Assembly (NCBI GenBank): GCA_902530745.1
Contig: CACABO010000003.1
Location: 53,397 to 117,396 of the forward strand
Length of the DNA: 64,000 nt
Direction of reading: 5' to 3'
DNA from: an uncultured Alphaproteobacteria bacterium
GTDB lineage: Bacteria > Pseudomonadota > Alphaproteobacteria > HIMB59
Under the pieces are notes generated by a model. It worked only from the letters and a program-made list of their open reading frames with translations, was not told the DNA's origin and did no database searches. Of the stretch, positions 47,847 to 57,526 are shown one piece after another; the first letter of the stretch is position 1; each line of letters opens with the position of its first letter. Position numbers and translations under genes: made by a program.

Positions 47847-49334
47847 TTGATTTCAAAATCATCAAACACACTACCTTTAAATGAAAATAATCTTGGGTCT
47901 ATACAAAATGCAGTATTAAAACCAAATTATATTCGATCAAATTTAAGCGCTGGTATTTTGCATATCGGAGTTGGAAATTTTCATAGAGCTCACCTTTCTT
48001 GGTACTTACATAGACTTATGCAAAAAAATCTTGCAAAAGATTGGGCTATCATAGGATCTGGAATTACAAAATATGATGTAGAAATGAGAGAGAAGCTTAA
48101 AACGCAAGACTATCTTACAACATTAATTGAGTTAGATCCTCAAGGAAATCAATCATGTGAAATTGTTGGATCAATGATTGATTATGTTCCAGTTGAAAAA
48201 AATAATCATAAACTAATTACCGCTATATCAGATCCAAAAATTAAAATTGTATCACTAACTGTTACCGAGGGTGGATATTTTTTAGATGAGACAGGAAAAT
48301 TTAATATCAATGATCCAAGCATAGTACATGATATTAAAAATCCTGATACTCCACAAACGGTTTTTGGGGTAATTGTGTCGGCATTAAAAAATAGAAAGAA
48401 AAATGATGTTGGACCAATTACTGGATTAAGTTGTGATAATTTGATGCAAAATGGAAATAAACTTAAACAAGCTATAATTGGAATAGCAAAGGAACAAGAT
48501 TTAGAATTATTAGAATGGATTAATCAAAATTGTACTTTTCCAAATGCTATGGTCGATTGCATTGTTCCTCGTACAGGAGAGGTTGAAGTTAATATTGTTA
48601 AAAACTTAGGTATTGAAGATCAAGTACCTGTCTCTCATGAGGATTTTCGTCAATGGGTAATTGAAGATAAATTTTGTAAGGGGCGACCACCTTGGGAAAA
48701 AGTCGGCGTTCAATTTTCAGATAATGTTCATGGTTATGAAGATCAAAAAATTCGCATACTTAATGGAGGACACCAAATTCTAGCAAATGTAGCGGAACTT
48801 TTGAGTATTGAAACTGTTCGGGATGCTATGAAGAATAAAAAAATATTGAGTTTATTAGAAAAAATAGAAATAAATGAGATTATTCCACATATTAAACCAG
48901 TTCCTGGATACACACCCATAGAATACTTTGAACTTATCAGAAGAAGATTTTCTAACCCATCAATACAGGATACAATCCGAAGGGTGGCTTTTGATGGATC
49001 ATCTCGCCATACTGGATTCATAGTGCCATCTATCAGAGATGGAATTCAAAATAGCATATCAATTAATGGGCTATCACTAGCTGAAGCTTTGTGGTCACGA
49101 ATGTGCGAGGGAACTCGTGAAGATGGTTCTGTTATTGAACCAAACGATCCTCATTGGGAAAAATTAAATGTTTGTGCTAAAGACTCTAAAGAAAATCCAC
49201 TTATCTGGCTTGATCAAAAAGAAATTTATGGAGATATCTCTAACGATGAAAATTTTAAAAAACACTTTTCTAAGTGGCTTAAAATGATCTATGACCAAGG
49301 TGTTGAAAACACACTCGACGAATATCTTAAATGA
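47847..49334 (+). CDS. Mannitol 2-/D-arabitol 4-dehydrogenase family long-chain dehydrogenase
   Basis: HIGVGNFHRAH, SLTVTEGGY, SCDN, FPNAMVDCIVP, QWVIED, KIRILNGGH, RFSNP. Confidence 0.92.
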   Translation: MISKSSNTLPLNENNLGSIQNAVLKPNYIRSNLSAGILHIGVGNFHRAHLSWYLHRLMQKNLAKDWAIIGSGITKYDVEMREKLKTQDYLTTLIELDPQGNQSCEIVGSMIDYVPVEKNNHKLITAISDPKIKIVSLTVTEGGYFLDETGKFNINDPSIVHDIKNPDTPQTVFGVIVSALKNRKKNDVGPITGLSCDNLMQNGNKLKQAIIGIAKEQDLELLEWINQNCTFPNAMVDCIVPRTGEVEVNIVKNLGIEDQVPVSHEDFRQWVIEDKFCKGRPPWEKVGVQFSDNVHGYEDQKIRILNGGHQILANVAELLSIETVRDAMKNKKILSLLEKIEINEIIPHIKPVPGYTPIEYFELIRRRFSNPSIQDTIRRVAFDGSSRHTGFIVPSIRDGIQNSISINGLSLAEALWSRMCEGTREDGSVIEPNDPHWEKLNVCAKDSKENPLIWLDQKEIYGDISNDENFKKHFSKWLKMIYDQGVENTLDEYLK

Positions 49335-49343
49335 ATTATTTTA

Positions 49344-49372
49344 TTGAAGGTAAATTTTTTTCAATTTAAAAT
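49344..49372 (+). promoter_or_regulatory. Putative sigma70 promoter giving a leaderless transcript of the aldolase/SDR gene
   Basis: TTGAAG-N17-TAAAAT, with the ATG 5 nt downstream and no SD. Confidence 0.45.
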
Positions 49373-49377
49373 GTTGC

Positions 49378-51459
49378 ATGAGATTTCAACAAAAAGTCAA
49401 CAATAAGTGGGACGATAATTTTAATAAATTATCCAAACTTGATCAATTAATCGTAAGATCAAACCTATTAGGAAGTGATCTAAAAGTTACTAATTTTGGT
49501 GGGGGTAATACTTCATCAAAAATTTTGGTTAAAGATCCCTTAACCAAAAAAAATGAGAATATATTATTTGTTAAGGGCTCTGGTGGAGACTTAGGCTCGA
49601 TAAAAAAAGATGGCTTTGCAAGTTTATATCTTGACAGGTTTAATAGTCTTAAAAATATTTATAGAGGTTTCAATCACGAGGACGAAATGGTTAGCTATTA
49701 TCCTATGTGCACATTTAATAATAACCCTCGAGCTGCTAGTATTGATACGCCCCTTCATGCGTATGTACCCTATCCCGAAGTAGATCATACCCACCCTGAC
49801 TCTATTATAGCTTTAGCTACAATGAGTAATGGAAAAAATATAATGAAAAAAGTTTATGGAGAAAGTATTGGATGGCTTGACTGGCAAAGACCTGGATTTG
49901 ATCTTGGATTAAAAATGGAAAATTTAATATCAAAAAATAATAGTATTATAGGCATAATTCTCGGTCATCATGGATTATTTACCTGGGGCAATACAAGTAA
50001 GGAATGTTATTCAAATTCTATATACCTGATTAAAAAGGCACAAACTTATCTTAATAACTCGATAAAAAAATATTCTTTTGGAAAACCAATATATAAAAAT
50101 AAATCGCATCCTGAATTTGAGACTAAATTGATAACAACTATTCGAGGTAGTCTTTCTAATGAAAATTCTAAAATTCTTCACCTAAATAAGTCAGACATAG
50201 CTTTAGAGTTTGTAAATTCTAAAAATCTTAGAAAAGTTGCTTCGATTGGAACCTCTTGCCCAGACCATTTTCTTAGAACAAAAAGATTGCCAATGATTTT
50301 ACCTCCTTTAAGTGATTTAATTAAATGTGAAAATAAAATAGATAGCATTATCAAAACTCATCTTAATAAATACAAAGAAGACTACAAAAAATATTATAAA
50401 AGAAACAAAAGTAAAGGCTCTCCAAACCTGAGAGACCCTTACCCTGTAATAATTTTAATACCTGAATATGGAATGATGTCTTTTGCTAAGAATAAATCAA
50501 CTGCAAGAATTTCAAGTGAATTTTTTTGCAATGCAATGAATGTAATGAAAGGAGCAGAGGGAATAAGCAAATACACTGGCCTTACAGAAAAAGAAGCTTT
50601 TAGAATCGAATATTGGGAGTTAGAGGAAGCAAAATTAAGAAGAATGCCACCCGAGAAAGAACTTGTAGGAAAAGTAGCTCTCATTACAGGTGCTGCTGGG
50701 GGGATTGGATCTGCTACTGCAAAAAAATTTCTAAGTGAAGGTTGTTGCGTTATCCTAACTGATATAGATAAAAAATCACTTAATACCAAACAAAATGAAC
50801 TTAGTGAACTGTATGGGAAAGATATGGTCCATTCAATATTAATGGATGTCACAAATGAACAAGATGTTAAAAGAGCAGTATCAAAAAGTATAAATTCATT
50901 TGGTGGAATAGATATACTTGTTGCAAACGCAGGTTTTGCCTCTGCAGCTTTATTCGAAAAAACTTCGTCAAAATTGTGGGATAAAAATATGGATATCTTA
51001 TCAAAAGGTTGTTTTTTAATTAGTCGAGAGGTTTATCAAAAAATGATTGAACAGAAAAATGGTGGATCAATAATATTTGTCTCAAGTAAAAACAGTTTAA
51101 ATGCTTCTAAAGGAGCTTCGGCATATAGCGTAGCAAAAAGTTCCTTACTCCATCTCTCAAGGTCAATTGCTTTGGAGGGTTCGAGCCATAAAATTCGTTC
51201 AAATGTTGTAAATCCTGACGCTGTTATTAAAAACTCCAAAATTTGGAAGGGGGACTGGACAAAACAAAGAGCAAAAAGTAACAAAATAAAAGTTAATCAA
51301 GTTGAAGAATTTTATAAAAATCGGAGTCTTTTGAAAGTAAGCATACTACCAGAGGATATAGCTGAGGGTATCTACTTTTTTGCTAGCTCTAAGTCAAAAA
51401 AATCAACAGGCAATATTATAAATATAGATGGTGGCAATATAACATCATTTACGAGATAA
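49378..51459 (+). CDS. rhaD: Bifunctional rhamnulose-1-phosphate aldolase / lactaldehyde dehydrogenase (RhaEW type)
   Basis: Class II aldolase N-terminus (NFGGGNTSSK, SIDTPLH, DHTHPD, HHGLFTWG, SCPDHFLRTK, IEYWELEEAKL) plus C-terminal SDR (TGAAGGIG, YSVAK). Confidence 0.88.
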   Translation: MRFQQKVNNKWDDNFNKLSKLDQLIVRSNLLGSDLKVTNFGGGNTSSKILVKDPLTKKNENILFVKGSGGDLGSIKKDGFASLYLDRFNSLKNIYRGFNHEDEMVSYYPMCTFNNNPRAASIDTPLHAYVPYPEVDHTHPDSIIALATMSNGKNIMKKVYGESIGWLDWQRPGFDLGLKMENLISKNNSIIGIILGHHGLFTWGNTSKECYSNSIYLIKKAQTYLNNSIKKYSFGKPIYKNKSHPEFETKLITTIRGSLSNENSKILHLNKSDIALEFVNSKNLRKVASIGTSCPDHFLRTKRLPMILPPLSDLIKCENKIDSIIKTHLNKYKEDYKKYYKRNKSKGSPNLRDPYPVIILIPEYGMMSFAKNKSTARISSEFFCNAMNVMKGAEGISKYTGLTEKEAFRIEYWELEEAKLRRMPPEKELVGKVALITGAAGGIGSATAKKFLSEGCCVILTDIDKKSLNTKQNELSELYGKDMVHSILMDVTNEQDVKRAVSKSINSFGGIDILVANAGFASAALFEKTSSKLWDKNMDILSKGCFLISREVYQKMIEQKNGGSIIFVSSKNSLNASKGASAYSVAKSSLLHLSRSIALEGSSHKIRSNVVNPDAVIKNSKIWKGDWTKQRAKSNKIKVNQVEEFYKNRSLLKVSILPEDIAEGIYFFASSKSKKSTGNIINIDGGNITSFTR

Positions 51460-51511
51460 TAAATTCAAAGATTTATTTAGACATTTTAAATTTTTGTTTA
51501 AAATAAAAAAA

Positions 51512-52666
51512 ATGTTCGGTAGCATTGATAACTGTCACAACTTTGAAGATTTTCGAAACCTAGCAAAAAAAAGGCTTCCATCGCCGGTTTTCCACTATAT
51601 CGATGGCGCAGCCGATGATGAAGTAACTTATCGCAGAAACACAGAAGCTTATAATCAATGTGATTTAATCCCAAACGTGCTTAGGGGGGTTAAAACAATT
51701 GATATGTCTACAACTGTAATGGGCCAAAAAATTGAGATGCCTATATATTGTGCACCCACGGCATTACAAAGAATGTTTCATCCTGATGGAGAAATTGGAG
51801 TTGGTCTTGCTGCAGAAAAATTTAAAACAATGTTTGGTGTTTCATCATTGGGTACAGCTAGTATTGAAGAGGTATCAAAACGTATTTCTACTCCAAAATT
51901 ATTTCAATTATATGTTCATAAAGATGATGGCTTAAACAATTACTTAATTGATCAATGTATAGAACATAATTTTGACACAATGGCCATTACAGTTGACTCA
52001 GCGGTTGGAGGTAACAGAGAAAGAGACTTATATTCAGGTTTTACAATTCCATTAAATTTAACTTTGAAGAGTATAGTGAGTTTCGCTACACACCCTGCTT
52101 GGGCCTTTAATTATCTCACAAAACCTAAATGGGAATTAAGTAATTTAAATAGGCATGTTACAGAAGGAACAAATGTTATGACAAGTATTGGAGATTATTT
52201 TACAAAAATGTTAGATAATTCGTTGTCTTGGAAAAAGATTGAAGACATTAATAAAAAATGGGGAAAGCCTTTAGCAATCAAGGGTATTATGTCTGTAGAC
52301 GATGCCAGGAAAGCCGTAGATGTTGGAGCATCTGCTATCATGATTTCAAATCATGGTGGAAGACAATTAGATGGATCTCGATCTCCTTTTGATCAGTTGG
52401 AGGAGATTGTAAATGCAGTGGGAGATAAGATTGATGTTATTTGTGAAGGAGGAATTAAAAGAGGTACACATATCTTAAAAGCATTGTCTTTAGGTGCTAA
52501 AGCCTGTTCGGGTGGTAGAATGTATCTATACGCTTTGGCTGCAGGTGGTCAAAAAGGGGTTGAAATAGCTTTGAACAATCTCAAAAAAGAAATTGAGAGA
52601 GATATGATTTTAATGGGAGTCTCAAATATTAATGAGCTTTCAAAGAAAAACTTAAGATTTAGGTAG
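51512..52666 (+). CDS. lldD: FMN-dependent alpha-hydroxy acid dehydrogenase (L-lactate dehydrogenase / glycolate oxidase family)
   Basis: YIDGAA, FQLY, TVD, GNRERD, IKGI, SNHGGRQLDG, GGIKRG. Start placed at ATG 51512. Confidence 0.85.
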   Translation: MFGSIDNCHNFEDFRNLAKKRLPSPVFHYIDGAADDEVTYRRNTEAYNQCDLIPNVLRGVKTIDMSTTVMGQKIEMPIYCAPTALQRMFHPDGEIGVGLAAEKFKTMFGVSSLGTASIEEVSKRISTPKLFQLYVHKDDGLNNYLIDQCIEHNFDTMAITVDSAVGGNRERDLYSGFTIPLNLTLKSIVSFATHPAWAFNYLTKPKWELSNLNRHVTEGTNVMTSIGDYFTKMLDNSLSWKKIEDINKKWGKPLAIKGIMSVDDARKAVDVGASAIMISNHGGRQLDGSRSPFDQLEEIVNAVGDKIDVICEGGIKRGTHILKALSLGAKACSGGRMYLYALAAGGQKGVEIALNNLKKEIERDMILMGVSNINELSKKNLRFR

Positions 52667-52669
52667 CAA

Positions 52670-53248
52670 TCATTGTTGTTTTGTTAGTTCTCTAATTAAA
52701 ATATTCAGGTCACTAGTAAATATTTCTTGATCTATGGACTTATCAAAGTACATGGTGCAATGGTGTCCCAAAAAGTAGTCATTTAAAAAATTCAAAACAT
52801 TTTCTTCACCGCTCCAAGTTTTACTGAAATCTTCAGACGCTTGAAAAAAAGAGTTTAAAGACTCCTCGGAGCAATTATTCCAAAAAGCAGGACAGTAGTT
52901 AGTTCCGTCTCCTTTAAATAGATTGATGTATGCATCCAAAACTAGGATTTCAAAATTAGGGTAATTAACTTTTTTGTATTGACTGATATCAACATCACTT
53001 AAATCAGTTAAAAACTGTTTTGATAGGGAGTCATAATATAAGTCATAGTTTAAAGCTTTTGCTCCTTCAAAATTTTCATTGAAGAAGAGTATAATTTGAT
53101 CTCGTGTCTCAATCTCTTCAATCGGATCCAAAGACCAGTAGACTTCCTCTAAATAACCTACACAGTAATCTTGATCTGACGAGTATAAATTTGAATAATA
53201 ATTTAAATTAACAATGAAAATTATTATGGAAAGATATATTTTTGACAA
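52670..53248 (-). CDS. Hypothetical secreted acidic protein with four cysteines
   Basis: Signal-peptide-like N-terminus, 192 aa, no recognised motif. Confidence 0.6.
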   Translation of the reverse strand: MSKIYLSIIIFIVNLNYYSNLYSSDQDYCVGYLEEVYWSLDPIEEIETRDQIILFFNENFEGAKALNYDLYYDSLSKQFLTDLSDVDISQYKKVNYPNFEILVLDAYINLFKGDGTNYCPAFWNNCSEESLNSFFQASEDFSKTWSGEENVLNFLNDYFLGHHCTMYFDKSIDQEIFTSDLNILIRELTKQQ

Positions 53249-53253
53249 AATAT

Positions 53254-53745
53254 TTAATTATTACTTCGGAAATCCCATGGATATTCAAATTCCATGGACC
53301 ACATTCCAAGCTTATTAGATTTAGCATATTCTTCATCTTGTATGTATTTATTTGAGTATTTTCTATATGCGAATGCAAAACCCTCTCTGACCAAGTAACT
53401 GCTTAATGACTGACCATTTACAAAGCATTCACCTAATACTCTTCCATAGACGTCTTTTCCCTCATCAGTGCAACTAATTTTATTATTTGTTACTTTTGCA
53501 ATTAAAGTATCTTTTGATATTTTTCCACATGCAACCTTCCCTTCACTTGCAACACAAGTTTGATTAATTTCAGGAGCATCTATTCCACTAAAACGTATTT
53601 TAACATCACCTAATTTAATTGTATCTCCATCAACTACGGTGACATGAGAAGCAAATAGGTTATTTACGAGTAAAAACACTAAGGAAATTAGGTAAATAAT
53701 AGAAAATTTTAGTGACACGCAATATTGTACTTTTTTAAACGCCAA
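53254..53745 (-). CDS. Thermonuclease (SNase) family protein
   Basis: VVDGDTI, IRFSGIDAPE, DVYGRVLGEC, LVREGFA, A...KLGMW, PWDFR. The start may be GTG 53718. Confidence 0.9.
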   Translation of the reverse strand: MAFKKVQYCVSLKFSIIYLISLVFLLVNNLFASHVTVVDGDTIKLGDVKIRFSGIDAPEINQTCVASEGKVACGKISKDTLIAKVTNNKISCTDEGKDVYGRVLGECFVNGQSLSSYLVREGFAFAYRKYSNKYIQDEEYAKSNKLGMWSMEFEYPWDFRSNN

Positions 53746-54155
53746 TAATTATAGGGCCAAGGAGTAATAAAGCCCACAAAAAGCATGATAGGAACAACCC
53801 ACCAAGTAAGCATTGCCCCTCCCGTTAAAATGACATCTGTAACATTCATAGCTATTTCCATTGATATCATAGAAATGAAGCTCATTCCAAGGGCAGTACT
53901 AATAGCATCTCTTAAAGAAAAATTTTGCCTTAAAAGAATTATTGTTTCCAAGATAATGCTAGTAATCAGTCCATTGATGATTGCTAAAATCATTATATTT
54001 AAGGTTGGCCAAGCAATTTCATTAATTTGAAAGTAGAATATCGTACCAAGATCTCCTATTGCGCATCCAATTAAACACCACTTAGTATTATGAGCGCTTT
54101 TTTTCCAAGTGTGTTTACATTTCCAATTAAAGTTGGTGAGAGTTGATACAAACAT
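53709..54155 (-). CDS. DUF4396-family Met-rich membrane protein
   Basis: TKWCLIGCAIGD, MSFISMISMEIAMN, GFITPWPYNYW, C-terminal CH. Confidence 0.8.
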   Translation of the reverse strand: MFVSTLTNFNWKCKHTWKKSAHNTKWCLIGCAIGDLGTIFYFQINEIAWPTLNIMILAIINGLITSIILETIILLRQNFSLRDAISTALGMSFISMISMEIAMNVTDVILTGGAMLTWWVVPIMLFVGFITPWPYNYWRLKKYNIACH

Positions 54156-54167
54156 TATTTTTTCATT

Positions 54168-54189
54168 TACTATATACTGGTATATAGTA
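54168..54189. promoter_or_regulatory. Palindromic operator, probably bound by CsoR
   Basis: TACTATATAC-TG-GTATATAGTA, perfect 10-bp arms in the 44-bp gap between the divergent DUF4396 and csoR genes. Confidence 0.7.
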
Positions 54190-54199
54190 TATTACTTAT

Positions 54200-54493
54200 A
54201 TGTCAAATATTATTAAAATAAATAAAAATCCAGATCATATTAAAAATGTTCATCGTATTAATCGAATTCATGGTCAGCTTAAAGGTGTTGAAAAAATGAT
54301 TGTTGAAAAAAGATATTGTCTTGAAATTTTACAACAAACAAGAGCCATAACTTCGGCAATAAAATCTCTCGAAAATAATATACTTAATAAGCACATTGAC
54401 CACTGTGTTGCAGATGCTATGAAAAAAAATGACAAACAAAAAAAACAAAAAATAGAAGAATTACAAGATTTACTTAGAAAATTTAATAATTAA
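54200..54493 (+). CDS. csoR: CsoR/RcnR-family metal-sensing repressor
   Basis: RINRIHGQ..G...M, YCLEILQQ, HIDHCV (C-H-C copper fingerprint). Confidence 0.85.
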   Translation: MSNIIKINKNPDHIKNVHRINRIHGQLKGVEKMIVEKRYCLEILQQTRAITSAIKSLENNILNKHIDHCVADAMKKNDKQKKQKIEELQDLLRKFNN

Positions 54494-54498
54494 AAAAA

Positions 54499-54981
54499 TT
54501 GTCGTTTCTTTTAAAAAGAATTTTAATATTCGTTATTGGTCTCGCAGCAATAATAATTTCTCTTCTGTATTTTTTAAACCCTAATAAAAAGGAAAGCGAC
54601 AATATAGAAATAACTAATATCGAAATTGACGAAAAATTAATTAGTCAAATTAACTTAGGTAAATCTCTTTATGTGACTCATTGTGCGTCATGTCATGGAA
54701 ATAACTTACAAGGTCAACCCAACTGGAGTACAAAAAAAGATAAAGATGGTCATAACCTCTCCCCACCCTTAAATGGAACAGGTCATACATGGCATCACAG
54801 TCAAGAACAACTCTTTAATATTATTAGGTATGGATTTAAAATTTATAATGAAAACTACGATGGTAAAATGCAAGGTAACGACAAATTAAATGATGATGAC
54901 ATATGGTCTATTTTAGCTTACATGAAATCTGTTTGGCCTGAGTCAATACAGAAAAAATACGATACCATAACTAAACATTAA
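54499..54981 (+). CDS. Membrane-anchored mono-heme cytochrome c
   Basis: N-terminal TM helix, CASCHG, PPLNGTGHTWHH, distal Met (KMQG). Confidence 0.9.
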   Translation: MSFLLKRILIFVIGLAAIIISLLYFLNPNKKESDNIEITNIEIDEKLISQINLGKSLYVTHCASCHGNNLQGQPNWSTKKDKDGHNLSPPLNGTGHTWHHSQEQLFNIIRYGFKIYNENYDGKMQGNDKLNDDDIWSILAYMKSVWPESIQKKYDTITKH

Positions 54982-55161
54982 TTTTTAACATAGCCAATCG
55001 ATTAAATACCCCTAAAAAGTAAATTTAATAAGATTAAAGGTTGATAATATTGAACTTTTGATATCAATAAATTGCATGTTGTTTGGGCTTTTAATGTGTT
55101 TGAAATCATTCTCATTTTGTTAAGTTCAACCATACATATTTTTTATAGGAGGAGGATTTCT

Positions 55162-56472
55162 ATGAAATTAATAAAAACACTAACGGCTTTGATAGCTTTT
55201 TCTCTATTTGGAGCAAGCTACGCAAATGCTGGTTCTCACGCATATACAGGCCCTGACCTGTCGGGAGAAAAATTAACAATCTTTGGTCCATGGTTGGCGC
55301 CACAAGATGATGATTTCAGGGATGTCATATCAATTTTTGAAGCAGCAACAGGGGCATCTGTCGAGTACGGTGGTTCTGATGAATTTGAGTCAATTATTAA
55401 TATTGACTGTCAGGCAGGTAGTCCAGCAGATATAGCTGTATTCCCTCAGCCAGGATTAGCAGCAAATATTGCAGCTACAGGTTGTTTGTCACCATTAGGA
55501 AATGATGTTAAACAAATGGTTCTTGATAATTATGCTGCGGGTCAATCCTGGGTAGATCTTACAACTTATAAAGACCCAGCTGGTTTCGACAAATTCTACG
55601 GTGTATTTTATCGAGTAAACGTAAAAAGTTTAGTTTGGTATTCACCAGATAACTTCGAAGATAACGGTTATGAGATACCAGAAACTATGGAAGATTTACT
55701 CGCTTTAGCTGATCAAATGGTTAGTGATGGTAATACTCCATTTTGTATTGGTTTAGGTTCAGGTGGTGCTACTGGATGGCCAGCCACAGATTGGATGGAA
55801 GACATTATGTTGAGAACACACTCACCAAACACTTATGATCAATGGGTGTCTAATGACATGAAGTTCAATGACCAAAGAGTAATCGATGCTATGGAATTTT
55901 TTGGTTCAATAGCATTAAACGACTCATATGTTAATGGTGGAACTAAAGCTGTTGCTACAACAGATTTTAGAGACTCACCAAATGGTCTATTTACCTCACC
56001 TGCGGAGTGCATGATGCACAGACAAGCTAGCTTTATCCCTGCATTCTTCCCTGAGGGAGCAGAAGCCGGAGTGGATTATGATTTCTTCTACTTTCCACCT
56101 TTCGCATCACAAGACTTAGGTAAACCTGTTTTAGGTGCTGGTACTTTAATGGCTCCTACTAATGATAGACCAATCACTAGAGAATTCATGAAATTCTTGC
56201 TTCACCCAGAAGCTAACGAAAGATTCATGGAAAAAGGTGGTTTCTTGACACCTCATAAGTATGTAGATACTAGCAAATATTCTAGTGACACATTTAGAGG
56301 TCTTCATGAAATACTAATGAATGCAACAACTTTCAGGTTTGATGGTTCAGACTTGATGCCTGGATGGGTTGGAGCAGGTTCTTTCTGGACAGGTATGGTT
56401 GATTACACCAATGGAAAATCAGCTCAAGATGTTGCTGACGAAATCCAAGCTAGCTGGGAAGCTGGTCAGTAA
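55162..56472 (+). CDS. Glycoside ABC transporter substrate-binding protein (AglE-like)
   Basis: AGGAGGAGG RBS before ATG 55162, signal peptide. PQPG, KSLVWY, SGGATGWPATDW, FRFDGSDLMP. Confidence 0.9.
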   Translation: MKLIKTLTALIAFSLFGASYANAGSHAYTGPDLSGEKLTIFGPWLAPQDDDFRDVISIFEAATGASVEYGGSDEFESIINIDCQAGSPADIAVFPQPGLAANIAATGCLSPLGNDVKQMVLDNYAAGQSWVDLTTYKDPAGFDKFYGVFYRVNVKSLVWYSPDNFEDNGYEIPETMEDLLALADQMVSDGNTPFCIGLGSGGATGWPATDWMEDIMLRTHSPNTYDQWVSNDMKFNDQRVIDAMEFFGSIALNDSYVNGGTKAVATTDFRDSPNGLFTSPAECMMHRQASFIPAFFPEGAEAGVDYDFFYFPPFASQDLGKPVLGAGTLMAPTNDRPITREFMKFLLHPEANERFMEKGGFLTPHKYVDTSKYSSDTFRGLHEILMNATTFRFDGSDLMPGWVGAGSFWTGMVDYTNGKSAQDVADEIQASWEAGQ

Positions 56473-56490
56473 AAAAAAGTAATTTTCTTA

Positions 56491-56521
56491 TCTAAGGGCG
56501 AATAGTATATTTGCCCTTAGA
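56491..56521 (+). terminator. Intercistronic stem-loop after the glycoside-binding protein
   Basis: TCTAAGGGCGAATA-GTA-TATTTGCCCTTAGA, 14-bp stem with one G-U pair. Confidence 0.7.
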
Positions 56522-56542
56522 GTTTCTCTTAATCAAAACTTA

Positions 56543-57526
56543 ATGAGTATATTTTCTTTAGCACTGACTGTTCTCATTGGTGTTCTTGTCTTTGTAGCTT
56601 TTTTTCACTTTTCAAATTTTTTACTTGATTACTTTCGATTAAAAACACCTAAAAAAATTGCTTGGGAAAACTCTATAAGGGTTGTCATATTTATTGGTCC
56701 TGCATTTATTGTCTTATTCGTCTTTATTATTTATCCTGTATTTGAAACTATCAGGTTAAGTTTTTACGATAAGTTAGGAGATAATTTTGTAGGATTGTAT
56801 AACTACGCTTGGGCTATCAAAGATCCTGATTTTAAAAGAAGTATTATTAATAACTTAGGTTGGTTAATAGTTGTGCCCACACTTAGTACATTTTTTGGTT
56901 TAGTTATCGCAAATTTAGCAGATAGAATTTGGTGGGGATCAATTGCTAAATCAATAATATTCATGCCTATGGCAATTTCATTTGTTGGTGCGGGAGTTAT
57001 TTGGAAGTTTATGTATGATTATAGAGGGCCAGGCGACCAACAAATTGGCCTTCTCAATGCTATTGCAGTCGCATTGGGTTTTGAACCTCAAGCTTGGTTG
57101 ACAATACCAATTTGGAATAATTTTTTTTTAATGGCAATAATGATATGGATACAAACTGGTCTTGCCTTGGTCATTTTTAGTGCTGCACTTCGTACAATTC
57201 CTAAAGAAACCTTAGATGCAGCTAGGATAGATGGTGCTAGCGAGCTTAAAATTTTTTGGAAAATTATAATCCCATATCTTGAACAAACAATCTTAGTAAT
57301 TTGGACCATAATCACACTCTTAGTCTTGAAAGTATTTGACATAATCTATGCTATGACCAACGGTCAATGGCAAACAGAAGTGCTGGCAAACTTAATGTAT
57401 GACTGGATGTTCAGAGGTGGTGGGGACACCGGCAGAGGAAGTGTCCTGGCCTTTTGTATATTAATAGGTGTTATTCCAATATTAGCATGGAACTTGTACA
57501 GGCATAAGCAAGACCAAAAAGTATGA
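56543..57526 (+). CDS. Glycoside ABC permease (AglF-like)
   Basis: FMPMAISFVGA, WIQTG, DAARIDGAS, LKVFDI. Confidence 0.92.
   Translation: MSIFSLALTVLIGVLVFVAFFHFSNFLLDYFRLKTPKKIAWENSIRVVIFIGPAFIVLFVFIIYPVFETIRLSFYDKLGDNFVGLYNYAWAIKDPDFKRSIINNLGWLIVVPTLSTFFGLVIANLADRIWWGSIAKSIIFMPMAISFVGAGVIWKFMYDYRGPGDQQIGLLNAIAVALGFEPQAWLTIPIWNNFFLMAIMIWIQTGLALVIFSAALRTIPKETLDAARIDGASELKIFWKIIIPYLEQTILVIWTIITLLVLKVFDIIYAMTNGQWQTEVLANLMYDWMFRGGGDTGRGSVLAFCILIGVIPILAWNLYRHKQDQKV

Noticed and set aside
53254-53745. Nuclease as part of an anti-phage or toxin system
   Set aside because: It is an ordinary secreted SNase-family protein with no adjacent defence or immunity gene that I can recognise.
55100-55116. 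TGAAATCATTCTCA upstream of the glycoside-binding protein as another SorC A operator
   Set aside because: It has several mismatches to the palindrome and no partner site 18-19 bp away. It could be a site for another regulator, but that is unsupported here.
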